From a virus, in the IMG/VR virus record IMGVR_UViG_3300017714_002439: a stretch of 64,000 bases of DNA; one strand, written 5' to 3'. Positions 1-8,921 of this stretch are shown one piece after another; the stretch's first letter is position 1, and every line of letters starts with the position of its first letter. The notes beneath the pieces were generated by a model. It was not told the origin of the DNA and searched no databases. It saw only the letters and a program-made list of their open reading frames with translations. A program made the translations under genes and the position numbers.

Positions 1-37
1 TTGCAAACAATAAGTAGGTGTTTTACGGTTATCATTG

Positions 38-44
38 ATAAATA
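38..44 (+). promoter_or_regulatory. T4-like late promoter motif (ATAAATA)
   Basis: Same motif recurs just upstream of many genes in the window; here it precedes the hairpin-rich leader. Confidence 0.5.
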
Positions 45-57
45 AAAGTGTATTAGA

Positions 58-265
58 AATAACACACCGTTGTGTTATTATTTACATATACAACGTAGTA
101 TAGAGCGACCTCGGCTCAGAAAAAAAGAGCGGCAGTTAGTGCCACGCTAACTGACTCTGGGAAAGACCAGGGCATAACCCATGCCTTACAAGCGATACAT
201 TATGAGGTATCGTGGTAGCGGCCAGGAGAGACTGGCAAACAACGGATGCTTTCCCAAAAACATCC
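58..265 (+). ncRNA. Candidate structured RNA / 5' leader with about 8 consecutive hairpins
   Basis: Stems AATAACAC/GTGTTATT (58-79), GAGC/GCTC (103-117), CAGTTAG/CTAACTG (133-153), CTCTGG/CCAGGG (155-172), GGCAT/ATGCC (171-185), GCGATAC/GTATCGT (192-213), GCCAG/CTGGC (221-236), GGATG/CATCC (244-265); locally GC-richer than flanks. Confidence 0.55.
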
Positions 266-292
266 CATATATAACTTATTAAGGAGAATCCA

Positions 293-481
293 ATGACCAA
301 TTTTTTTGGTGCATGGGCAGAGCTCTTCAACGGCACACGTAGAACTCGTGTGAAATATGAGGCTGATCTGCTTACCTATGCAAAAACAGAATATACAAAA
401 GACTGGCAGTATGCATACCAGTATATGTTAACACACGATGGCAAAGGGCCACACCAATATAGAGGTGACTACAGCAAATGA
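293..481 (+). CDS. Small hypothetical protein (62 aa)
   Basis: AAGGAGA SD at 281-287; ATGA overlap with next ORF. Confidence 0.75.
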   Translation: MTNFFGAWAELFNGTRRTRVKYEADLLTYAKTEYTKDWQYAYQYMLTHDGKGPHQYRGDYSK

Positions 482-648
482 TTAAAAGATTACTTAAGAT
501 GGCAAGATTGTCAACACTAACAAAAGAAGAAAAATACTTAGCTAGTTCATGTGACTTAGTTGAGCTTGAAAGACGTCAAAGAGAATTGCAAAAAGGGTCT
601 GCTCCATGGCAGGCAGTTGCAAACAAGAATTTAAGAGGATGGGTATAA
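478..648 (+). CDS. DUF3563-like small protein (56 aa; not in supplied ORF track)
   Basis: Translates MIKRLLKMARLSTLTKEEKYLASSCDLVELERRQRELQKGSAPWQAVANKNLRGWV; E-x-YL-x-x-S-x-DL-x-x-LERRQR pattern; coupled by ATGA and TAATG overlaps. Confidence 0.7.
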   Translation: MIKRLLKMARLSTLTKEEKYLASSCDLVELERRQRELQKGSAPWQAVANKNLRGWV

Positions 649-854
649 TGACTACATTAACACACAAAACATGGGACCTAACATGTGGAGTATGTGTAGC
701 AATCCGTAATGTATTAATTGCATTTTGGGTTGGTTGCATCGCAATGGGCGAATCAGCCGGTAGAGCAAGAGCCGCCGCTGAATTACACAGACAAGGTTAC
801 ACAAAAGAAGCAAAAAAATTAATGACTGGGAGATATATAGATGAAGATTATTAG
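648..854 (+). CDS. Small hypothetical protein (start revised to 648)
   Basis: TAATG overlap with upstream stop; MTTLTHKTWD...ARAAAELHRQGY. Confidence 0.7.
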   Translation: MTTLTHKTWDLTCGVCVAIRNVLIAFWVGCIAMGESAGRARAAAELHRQGYTKEAKKLMTGRYIDEDY

Positions 855-1023
855 AGCATTTAAAAATTTCCTAAGAACAGATGAAACAGTTTGTATGAAA
901 ACATACAATCAGTTACATAACATGACAGACCGTGATTTACAAGATATAGGAATATGCAGAGGAGATATCAAACGAGTGGCCAGCTCAAAACCTGATACTT
1001 TTGAACGTAGATCTAGATTTTAG
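841..1023 (+). CDS. DUF1127 (YjiS-like) small protein
   Basis: QLHNMTDRDLQDIGICRGDI matches the L-x-x-L/M-S/T-D-x-x-L-x-DIG-x-x-R-x-D/E-I DUF1127 signature. Confidence 0.8.
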   Translation: MKIIRAFKNFLRTDETVCMKTYNQLHNMTDRDLQDIGICRGDIKRVASSKPDTFERRSRF

Positions 1024-1159
1024 ATAATTACAAACATGGAATGCTTATAGTATTCCTGCAAAACCGCTTACAAGCATTCGTTGGAGCCGATATTTACTGT
1101 GCCCAAGTTGTTTGAAGCGGTTTTTTATTATATGTAGTTTTAATTGGCTAAATACTATT

Positions 1160-2128
1160 ATGAGTAAAGTCAATCTAATACCACAGTTAATTTCAAAACT
1201 ATCTGAAGCAACTTCGCAAGAACAAAAGTATAAGATAGTAAAGAAGTATGAAAAAGAAACACTTTTTAAGCGTATTCTTTTATTTTCATACAATCCTTGG
1301 ATAAATTTTAAATTACAACACTTTGTTCCAAAACATATGGGTAAAAAGTTTGGTATGGGTATGAGTAGATTTATGCATATGTTTGAAGAAATTATTGCTG
1401 GAAAACTAGATCCCAAAGATGCAGAGTTTGGATTTAATATGGCATTTTTACATGTTAATACAGAAGAAGCACCTATTTTGTTAGGTATAATCAATCAATC
1501 ATTAGATGTTGGATTAGAAATAGAAACAATTAATAGAGTTTGGCCAAACTCTATATCAGACTATCCATTACGAACAGCTAAAGCAGGAAAACATAAAGAC
1601 TTTACTAACTTTCCAGCATCTATACAAACAGTAAGTAAAGGTTTACGAGTTAATATTATTGTTACAGATAACACAGTTCAATATAGACAAAAAGATGGAA
1701 CTGTAATAGAAGGTTGGGATTGTTGGAATGAACAATTTCTTAATTTAGCACAAGGGCAAGGAACCGTGTTTGACGGGCATGCCGTAATTGCAGAAAACAA
1801 TAAAATAGCAGAAACAGACAATACTAAAGTATTAGAATCTGATGCAGAAAATATTAGATTTATATTTTGGGATGTAATACGTTATGATGGATTTATTTCC
1901 GGAAAAGATACTCGTATAGGTTATAACTGGCGTTACAATGGACTTGAGCATATGATGATGTTAGCATATGCTAAAAACCCAAAACCATGTTATGATATAT
2001 TAAAAGCAGAATTAGTAGGATCACAAGAACAGCTAGATACAGCAATAAAGAATTACAGCAAGGCAGTTATTAGATCTTTAGATGATACATGGAGTAATGG
2101 TGAAAGTGATGGTGAAATTATTTGCTAG
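1160..2128 (+). CDS. Catalytically degenerate T4-type ATP-dependent DNA ligase homolog (start revised to 1160)
   Basis: FPASIQTVSKGLR aligns with ligase motif I (T4 FPAFAQLKADGAR) but lacks K and D; FDGHAV and FIFWDVI match motifs III/IIIa; ends before OB domain. Confidence 0.65.
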   Translation: MSKVNLIPQLISKLSEATSQEQKYKIVKKYEKETLFKRILLFSYNPWINFKLQHFVPKHMGKKFGMGMSRFMHMFEEIIAGKLDPKDAEFGFNMAFLHVNTEEAPILLGIINQSLDVGLEIETINRVWPNSISDYPLRTAKAGKHKDFTNFPASIQTVSKGLRVNIIVTDNTVQYRQKDGTVIEGWDCWNEQFLNLAQGQGTVFDGHAVIAENNKIAETDNTKVLESDAENIRFIFWDVIRYDGFISGKDTRIGYNWRYNGLEHMMMLAYAKNPKPCYDILKAELVGSQEQLDTAIKNYSKAVIRSLDDTWSNGESDGEIIC

Positions 2129-2444
2129 AAGTAGGTGGGCTTATAATTTGTTCTAGTCTATGGTTTTGTATTTTAGTATTTTTAATATAACGCCATACTT
2201 TACCACGACCATTGTCAATTTCAAATGTAGTTTCTGAATAGCCTATACTAATAATAGTAGCACGTTCTCCATCTAAGTATACTACATCACCTGGCTCAAA
2301 TCCAGGTTTCATTTTCCAGCGTATACTAGCTACTAAATCTCCTACAAGTTCTTTGAACCATAGAGCAATTACACCTGATATAAGCAATGCTAATGCAGGT
2401 GTTAGGTATGTTGTAATGCTTTGTTCTACTATAGCGGTATCCAT
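2118..2444 (-). CDS. Small MscS-like membrane protein
   Basis: N-terminal TM helix then GDLVASI..KPGFEPGDVVYLDGERATIISIG, resembling the MscS TM3/beta domain. Confidence 0.55.
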   Translation of the reverse strand: MDTAIVEQSITTYLTPALALLISGVIALWFKELVGDLVASIRWKMKPGFEPGDVVYLDGERATIISIGYSETTFEIDNGRGKVWRYIKNTKIQNHRLEQIISPPTSSK

Positions 2445-2462
2445 ATTACTATTTATGCAATG

Positions 2463-2470
2463 TATAAATA
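2463..2470 (+). promoter_or_regulatory. T4-like late promoter TATAAATA
   Basis: Exact T4 late consensus 25 nt before ORF 2496. Confidence 0.55.
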
Positions 2471-2495
2471 TATATGTAGTTAACTAGGAAATAAA

Positions 2496-3296
2496 ATGAG
2501 AATAGCACTTTGTATAGCAGGAGAAACTAGAGATTATAATGATCACTTTGGACCTGATACAATCATAACACACTTAATGGAAAATGGACACACTGTTGAT
2601 GTATATGGACACACATGGAGCCATTGTGAAAAACCAGTTCAAGATGTTTTTAAATTTAAAAGATTACTTATAGAAGATCAGCTTAAGATAGTAGGAGATT
2701 GGGTTAATGTAAATCCACAACAACGACAATTTTCATATTGGGATAATGAGAATAATTGCGAAGGACCATTAGAAGATATAGATGTTACAAGAGCAAAAAT
2801 AGGACAGCATATTAGTGGATTAAGATGTTTACAAATGCCAGAAACAAATGATTATGATGCGTTTATTAGATGGCGATGGGATTTAAAACTAGAATGGGAC
2901 CAACATTGGATCAACCGAAAATTAGCAAATATCTATAGTCAAGATGATAAAAATAAAGTGGTAAAACTCATGTTTGATCAATGGATAGATTATCTAGAAA
3001 CTAAAAATGACCTACCAGTAGTCCTTACGGATGGATATGGATGGGTTGGACAATATAATTGGACAATTCAAGATACCCATTTTTATTTAAATAAAGTAGC
3101 ACATAGAAATATAAAAAATCTTAATTGGGAAACAGCAATTGAAAAAGTATGGAATGAAACATGTAAATGTTCTTATCATATGCTATGGAATCATTTATTA
3201 ATAAGAGCAGCAAAATGCATGATAAGACAACCAATGCCCAACGTGACAGTATTCACAAAGACGGAAAGACATAAACAAAATGAGTTACATAGATAA
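2496..3296 (+). CDS. Hypothetical protein, glycosyltransferase-like phage family
   Basis: MRIALCIAGETR start and YDAFIRWRWD motif. Confidence 0.5.
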   Translation: MRIALCIAGETRDYNDHFGPDTIITHLMENGHTVDVYGHTWSHCEKPVQDVFKFKRLLIEDQLKIVGDWVNVNPQQRQFSYWDNENNCEGPLEDIDVTRAKIGQHISGLRCLQMPETNDYDAFIRWRWDLKLEWDQHWINRKLANIYSQDDKNKVVKLMFDQWIDYLETKNDLPVVLTDGYGWVGQYNWTIQDTHFYLNKVAHRNIKNLNWETAIEKVWNETCKCSYHMLWNHLLIRAAKCMIRQPMPNVTVFTKTERHKQNELHR

Positions 3297-4089
3297 TTGT
3301 AAAAAATATAGGCAAGATATTATAGACAGATTTGAACCTGCATATGTCATAGAAAAGTTTTTCTCAGAAGATGAAATACAAACTTTAATGGATTATCAGT
3401 TTCAAAATGCAAAGCGTGTAAAAGCAAGACCTACAAGTTGTAATATACAAAGTGTTGTTAGTATGCAACGTTTGTTTAGAGATAATCCTTGGTTAACAGA
3501 TAAATTTACAGAGGCAATAGGCGAGTTTGATGATAATTCACAAACCGGTAACTATTATATTACAAACCAATTACATGATGCACACGTAGATTTAATAAGC
3601 GAAGAAGAAGTTAAAAATGATGAGTATTGGACAATACACTCACATGATGAACACATACCAGTTACAAATAATATTATACCTTGGAAAAGTGTAGTGTTTC
3701 CATTGTTCTTATCATACGAAGCAGATTGTTATACAGCTTATATGGATCAACGTAGAATAGGATATGCAACAACGTTTGACAGAGATTATTTAACTGAACA
3801 AGCAGATAGTAGTTATACATTAGCCAGAAATTACGAAGGCTTTATAGATATAAATGGTAATCCATTACCAAGCACAAATGACAGCCCAGGCTGGACAGAA
3901 GAAAAGTATCCATTAATAAGTAAAAGAAACTTTAGTGGATTTAGTGAAGAAGCAATATTTAGACAAGTAACAGGTGATGTTATGGTGTTTGATGCATGCC
4001 AAATTCACGCTAGTTGTCAACTTCCAAACACAGAAGATCGTTGGATGAAAAATGGCATGAATATTCAATTTTACAAGTCGGTTGAATAA
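3280..4089 (+). CDS. 2OG-Fe(II) oxygenase-like protein
   Basis: HVD (HxD) motif and distal GDVMVFDACQIHAS His. Confidence 0.55.
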   Translation: MSYIDNCKKYRQDIIDRFEPAYVIEKFFSEDEIQTLMDYQFQNAKRVKARPTSCNIQSVVSMQRLFRDNPWLTDKFTEAIGEFDDNSQTGNYYITNQLHDAHVDLISEEEVKNDEYWTIHSHDEHIPVTNNIIPWKSVVFPLFLSYEADCYTAYMDQRRIGYATTFDRDYLTEQADSSYTLARNYEGFIDINGNPLPSTNDSPGWTEEKYPLISKRNFSGFSEEAIFRQVTGDVMVFDACQIHASCQLPNTEDRWMKNGMNIQFYKSVE

Positions 4090-4137
4090 ATACATTTGTA
4101 GATATAATCTACCAGTAAACCACAAAGGAGAACTAAT

Positions 4138-4500
4138 ATGTATCACACAGAATCAATGATCCAAATGATGGAAGATATGCAACGTCAAGCAGCTGAAATG
4201 GAAAAGAATGTTAAAGACATGATGGAAATGGAAGGCAGAGCATGGGGCATAGAACTAGATAAGCGTAAAAATGCACGTGACCTAATGCATGAATTAATGG
4301 AAGCACAACAATCAGCACAAAATCCAACTGATATGACATGGGCATATGTGCCACATGACATAGTAGAATATGATTGTGAGCCACAAGAATGGGGCAATGA
4401 TATGCACTCACCATGGAACGGATTAGACGGACAAATGCTAACAGAGTCTGATTTATGGCACGAAGGTGGCGACATGGATGGCCACGAAGACCACGAGTAA
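4138..4500 (+). CDS. Acidic hypothetical protein
   Basis: AAAGGAG SD; followed by terminator. Confidence 0.75.
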   Translation: MYHTESMIQMMEDMQRQAAEMEKNVKDMMEMEGRAWGIELDKRKNARDLMHELMEAQQSAQNPTDMTWAYVPHDIVEYDCEPQEWGNDMHSPWNGLDGQMLTESDLWHEGGDMDGHEDHE

Positions 4501-4512
4501 ATTATTAAATAG

Positions 4513-4535
4513 AAAGGTGCTTCAGGCACCTTTTT
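4513..4535 (+). terminator. Rho-independent terminator
   Basis: AAAGGTGC-ttcag-GCACC followed by T tract. Confidence 0.75.
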
Positions 4536-4553
4536 AAGTGGAAGGAAAGTCCA

Positions 4554-4754
4554 ATGACCAAGTTCACAGAACTAAGTGACCAAGATCTATACTATATAGA
4601 AAAACTATTGGGACAAGAATTGGGTAAAGAAATTGAAGCTCGAAAAACATGGAATGATCCAATTAAAGAAGGTAAACCAAGTCAAATAAGAACATGCATA
4701 AATGCAGTTCGCAGTCTAAGAACTACAAATAAATTAAAATCTGAAAAATGGTAA
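4554..4754 (+). CDS. Hypothetical protein
   Basis: 66 aa ORF converging on the radical SAM gene. Confidence 0.65.
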   Translation: MTKFTELSDQDLYYIEKLLGQELGKEIEARKTWNDPIKEGKPSQIRTCINAVRSLRTTNKLKSEKW

Positions 4755-4755
4755 A

Positions 4756-5826
4756 TTAGACATCAAGGCACTCTTTCCAATCTATTTTTCTAATAGCAGA
4801 AAGAGTGTCATAATAGTTAATCATTTTCTCTCTCAAATCATTATAATCATCTTGTGTGCTATTAAATTCAAGTAACTTGTTCAGTTTCTTGTTATTTAAA
4901 CTTCTTGCCTTTTCAATAATATGTGGTTGTGCTAAAAATGGTTGTAAGTGTTCGGGCTTATAAACACTATTAACCGACCATTCTATATCACGAACTTTAC
5001 ACCATTCTATAAGTTGAGGTATACTATCAATTCCACCTGCCTGTAAACTAGTTTCTACATATACCCATACATTATTATACTGTAACATTTTATCAACATT
5101 ACGTTCAATTTTATTCCATGTAAGAGGCCAACGAATAAAGTCATTAGCCTTACCATATGCATCTATACTAACATGTATAGAAACATGCACAAACTTTTTT
5201 AGTGTTTCCTGTAAGCGTTTACTAAAGCTACTACCATTAGATGTTATTTGAATATAGATATTAGGATTTAATTCTACAAGTTGATGTAGAAATTCATCTA
5301 GTAATCCTCTTACTGTTGGTTCACCACCTGTAAATCTAATACGTTTGGCCTTTGATGCAAATTGAACAATCTCTTTAAATTTTTCGTTATTTTCGAACCA
5401 ACTTATATTAGCAGGATCAGTAAAATATCTAAACTCTTTTAATTTTGGATTTGCTTTGTTTTCAGCATCTAGTAGACTACTATTATATGCACTACACATA
5501 ATACAACCAGCATTACATATATTACCAAACTTAATTTCCATGTCATGTAGATTAAATTCTTCTTGGTCAGGGTATCGTCTATTTCCATTATAAACCATCC
5601 CCTCAATTCCAGCTTGTTCATCTAATATACACTCTGTGCAACCAACAGCAAACCTATCTGCCTTCATATCAGTCATTAGGTTATTATAGAATTCACTGTT
5701 TAAGTAATCGTCTATACTATTAGTTGCAATATCTACTTGGTTGTCTTGTTCTTCCCATGCACAACAGGGTCTGTATTTGCCTGTAGAGCTTATGCTTACA
5801 TGGTTAGATGGCCATTTACACTTCAT
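4756..5826 (-). CDS. Radical SAM protein with N-terminal SPASM/twitch-like Cys cluster (start revised to 5826)
   Basis: CNAGCIMC (CxxxCxxC), FTGGEP, N-terminal C..RPCC..CTEC; minus-strand TAAATA just upstream. Confidence 0.85.
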   Translation of the reverse strand: MKCKWPSNHVSISSTGKYRPCCAWEEQDNQVDIATNSIDDYLNSEFYNNLMTDMKADRFAVGCTECILDEQAGIEGMVYNGNRRYPDQEEFNLHDMEIKFGNICNAGCIMCSAYNSSLLDAENKANPKLKEFRYFTDPANISWFENNEKFKEIVQFASKAKRIRFTGGEPTVRGLLDEFLHQLVELNPNIYIQITSNGSSFSKRLQETLKKFVHVSIHVSIDAYGKANDFIRWPLTWNKIERNVDKMLQYNNVWVYVETSLQAGGIDSIPQLIEWCKVRDIEWSVNSVYKPEHLQPFLAQPHIIEKARSLNNKKLNKLLEFNSTQDDYNDLREKMINYYDTLSAIRKIDWKECLDV

Positions 5827-5906
5827 GTTAGTATTTATGGTAAATACAAGTGGTTGCATAATATGTAACATGTAGTATAATTATAACTATTTTATAGGAA
5901 ATTATT

Positions 5907-6314
5907 ATGGCATATAGCGAAAAAGTGCTAGACCATTACAACAATCCAAGAAATGTAGGTAAGTTTGATCCCAACGAAGAGAATATCGGAACTGGTATGG
6001 TAGGTGCACCTGCGTGTGGAGATGTAATGCGTTTACAAATAAAAGTAACAGAAGATGGCATTATTGAAGATGCAAAGTTTAAAACATATGGGTGTGGAAG
6101 TGCAATTGCTAGTTCAAGTATGGTAACAACTATGCTTAAAGGAATGACACTAGATGAAGCACAAGAAATTAAAAATACAACAATCGTTGAAGAACTAGCA
6201 TTACCGCCAGTTAAGATTCACTGTAGCGTATTGGCAGAAGATGCCATTAAGGCAGCAGTAAGAGATTACGGCGATAAAAAGCAAAAAATAAACGCAAAGC
6301 CTGTAGAGATATAA
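5907..6314 (+). CDS. iscU: Fe-S cluster scaffold protein IscU
   Basis: MAYSEKVLDHYNNPRNVG, APACGDVM, GCGSAIASSS, LPPVKIHCSVLAEDAI; all three Cys retained. Confidence 0.97.
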   Translation: MAYSEKVLDHYNNPRNVGKFDPNEENIGTGMVGAPACGDVMRLQIKVTEDGIIEDAKFKTYGCGSAIASSSMVTTMLKGMTLDEAQEIKNTTIVEELALPPVKIHCSVLAEDAIKAAVRDYGDKKQKINAKPVEI

Positions 6315-6397
6315 GAAATAATATTGGTTAATTCATACCCAATGAAAAATAAATACTGATAAGTTAAAAATAACTTTAGCATTTAGGAGAAGATTTA

Positions 6398-7984
6398 ATG
6401 GCACAAAAAGCATTCATGGCTGATGCAGGAATTCGTTTAGGCGATTGGAGCATTGTAGAATTAGGAAACGGTGATATGCAAGTATCTAATACGCATGTTA
6501 TATCGGGTTCACAAAAAGCATTTAGAGTAGATAAAGGATTACGTATCGGCGACTGGAGAATGACAGTAAACAACGACGGAGATATGTTATTATCTGAAAC
6601 AGCAATAGTAGGCTCTCAAAGACCTTTCATAGCAGATGCTGGAGTTAAGGTTGGAGCATGGACACTTCATCCAACAGTTGATGGTGATTTATATGCAGAG
6701 AAAAATGCAGTAATGGTAAATTATACATTATCATGTAATTACTCAGCAGTCAACGAAGGTGGATCAGTTATAATATCTTTGGCAACAACAGGCGTAGCAG
6801 CTGGAACTAGTGTGCCATATACAATAACTGGAGTTACTAGTGCTGACATCAATGGTGCCAGTCTTACAGGAAACTTTGTAACAGGAACAACAGATTCAGT
6901 AACTTTAAATATTACAGCTGATTCTTCTACAGAAGGAACAGAAACTTTACAACTAGCATTGGATAACGGTAACTCAAGTAAGAGTGTTACAATAAATGAT
7001 ACAAGCACAATTGATTTATCACAATATAATTATACAGTTGCTATTACTGACTCAAATGGTAATGCAGTAACTAGTGTTAATGAAGGTGAAAATTATAATA
7101 TCACTACTACAACAAATGCACCAAACGGAACTTATCTATGGGTTCATTTAGTAGAAAACAACGAAAATGAACAAGTAGGTGATCCAGCTTGGATTGACTG
7201 GTTAATGGATGATACACAATCAATTGCAAGACAACCAGTGGTAACAAATGGTGGAACTACTACAACACTTTCTATGACAGCTGATCAAACTACTGAAACT
7301 GGATATGAGAAATTCACAGTTAAAATTTCAATAGCAGACGAATGGGCAGATGTTGCAGATCATTATGTAACACAGACAGCTGAAATTACAATTAATGATA
7401 CATCACAAACATCAAGCTCTGGAACACCAGCACAAGCACGTGACCGTTACTTACGTATTGCAGCCTCTAGTTATAATACTAATATATCATCTTATATAGC
7501 AGACCATGTTGACATGGATAGTGACCACCCTGATTGGACTTCAACTGGTATGACTACGGATGTAACACTTGTTAAGGTAGTGCATGCTCCATCAAGCACA
7601 ACACTAGAATTAGGCGATACAATACCGTCTAGTGTGTTTACCTTATCAGGTAACAGTGCATATCACACTTGGGGATTAGATGATACTGCATACTCAACTA
7701 GCCTTCATGCACCAAATGGATATCATATATCAGGATTTACAAAAGATCCAGGTAACGGAAATTATACAAGATGGAACATTGATTATGACGGTTCACAATT
7801 CGGTGCCAGAGAAGGGGTCATTGACCAATTGTTTGAAGGACAAGTAATTTCAAATTATGAAAATACTCCATGGATTACTTTTTACGATGCTGATGGCTAT
7901 AAATATGAGTTTTCTCATCATAGAAGATCCACAAATGGTTACGCTGACCAGTTCGAATATAACAGCACAACACAAGTATATTAA
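6398..7984 (+). CDS. Probable virion/tail-associated protein with Calx-beta/Ig-like repeats
   Basis: ATAAATA at 6349-6355, strong SD; three N-terminal repeats and two NEG...TITINDTS modules; Thr/Ser/Gly-rich. Confidence 0.6.
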   Translation: MAQKAFMADAGIRLGDWSIVELGNGDMQVSNTHVISGSQKAFRVDKGLRIGDWRMTVNNDGDMLLSETAIVGSQRPFIADAGVKVGAWTLHPTVDGDLYAEKNAVMVNYTLSCNYSAVNEGGSVIISLATTGVAAGTSVPYTITGVTSADINGASLTGNFVTGTTDSVTLNITADSSTEGTETLQLALDNGNSSKSVTINDTSTIDLSQYNYTVAITDSNGNAVTSVNEGENYNITTTTNAPNGTYLWVHLVENNENEQVGDPAWIDWLMDDTQSIARQPVVTNGGTTTTLSMTADQTTETGYEKFTVKISIADEWADVADHYVTQTAEITINDTSQTSSSGTPAQARDRYLRIAASSYNTNISSYIADHVDMDSDHPDWTSTGMTTDVTLVKVVHAPSSTTLELGDTIPSSVFTLSGNSAYHTWGLDDTAYSTSLHAPNGYHISGFTKDPGNGNYTRWNIDYDGSQFGAREGVIDQLFEGQVISNYENTPWITFYDADGYKYEFSHHRRSTNGYADQFEYNSTTQVY

Positions 7985-8007
7985 TAATTTTCAACTTATC
8001 TAAAATT

Positions 8008-8031
8008 AAAAGGGAGCTTAGGCTCCCTTTT
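8008..8031. terminator. Bidirectional terminator
   Basis: AAAAGGGAGC-ttag-GCTCCCTTTT between convergent genes. Confidence 0.85.
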
Positions 8032-8482
8032 ATGATATATTACACCAATACTGTTCCATACCAGGTTTAAGAGAATCACAACCTCGTATAAGCAATTCCA
8101 ACATTTCAGAAAGGTCTCCAGCTACACCTGTAATAATTGCTATCAGACAAAACAATATAAAAAGAGTTATAGGACTTGTAAGAATAAGTAACCAATAAGT
8201 TCTAAATATTCCGTGTCCATGTTCTTTACGATATTCTCTTTTACGAGCAAACCAACGAGCAATGCCTTTTATTAATCGTTTTATTCCACCAGTAAACCAA
8301 TCACCTATTAAATGTCTAATAACTCTAACAACAATAAGAATAGGACTTGAAATTACTTCCCATACTAAAAGCAATGCGTCAACAATAAGATCAACTACAT
8401 GATCTATTGTCCACCAATCTTTAAATCTTTGCCATCTGCTTTTTTGTTCCATGTTACTATTTATAAAAAGGTTGACAAGCAA
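8030..8482 (-). CDS. Hypothetical membrane protein
   Basis: Two hydrophobic segments; real start probably the second Met (MEQKSRW). Confidence 0.65.
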   Translation of the reverse strand: MLVNLFINSNMEQKSRWQRFKDWWTIDHVVDLIVDALLLVWEVISSPILIVVRVIRHLIGDWFTGGIKRLIKGIARWFARKREYRKEHGHGIFRTYWLLILTSPITLFILFCLIAIITGVAGDLSEMLELLIRGCDSLKPGMEQYWCNIS

Positions 8483-8500
8483 GATATCTTACAGTATGCT
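8472..8500 (+). promoter_or_regulatory. sigma70-type early promoter with palindromic spacer
   Basis: TTGACA-AGCAAGATATCTTACAG-TATGCT (17 nt spacer). Confidence 0.75.
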
Positions 8501-8526
8501 AAACATAGTTAACAAAAGGAACTAAT

Positions 8527-8844
8527 ATGTCTATCAAAGATATAGTAATGATTGCCTTAGCTGGTTCTATATACATATCAGCTACAGGTATTGCAAAAGC
8601 AGATAATACTATTATAAGAGATTGTCAAGTAAAACATAATTACAACGGTCTCAATGAAACAAAAACATGGAGCAATATTGCTACATGTATTGTAACAGAG
8701 AAAAATAAAATACGATTTGCAGAAGAAGATCGATTATGGGCATTCGTAAAAGCTAATCCACACTATCGTTATCCTGGTTCAGCATTGCCTAATGGTAAAA
8801 TTTTACCTTTGGATCCTGGTCATTTTTCTTCAAAAAAATGGTAA
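8527..8844 (+). CDS. Hypothetical exported protein
   Basis: Signal-peptide-like N-terminus; two Cys. Confidence 0.7.
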   Translation: MSIKDIVMIALAGSIYISATGIAKADNTIIRDCQVKHNYNGLNETKTWSNIATCIVTEKNKIRFAEEDRLWAFVKANPHYRYPGSALPNGKILPLDPGHFSSKKW

Positions 8845-8861
8845 TTTCTAAAGAAAAAAGG

Positions 8862-8890
8862 TTGACAACCAAGACATCTTACTATATACT
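8862..8890 (+). promoter_or_regulatory. sigma70-type early promoter with palindromic spacer
   Basis: TTGACA-ACCAAGACATCTTACTA-TATACT. Confidence 0.85.
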
Positions 8891-8921
8891 ATAAGTATAG
8901 TTAATAAAAAAAGGAACTAAT

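Noticed and set aside
58-265. Cuckoo/CcsR sRNA array
   Set aside because: Loops are not repeated CCUCCUCCC motifs; only one loop (CUUUCCC) is vaguely similar
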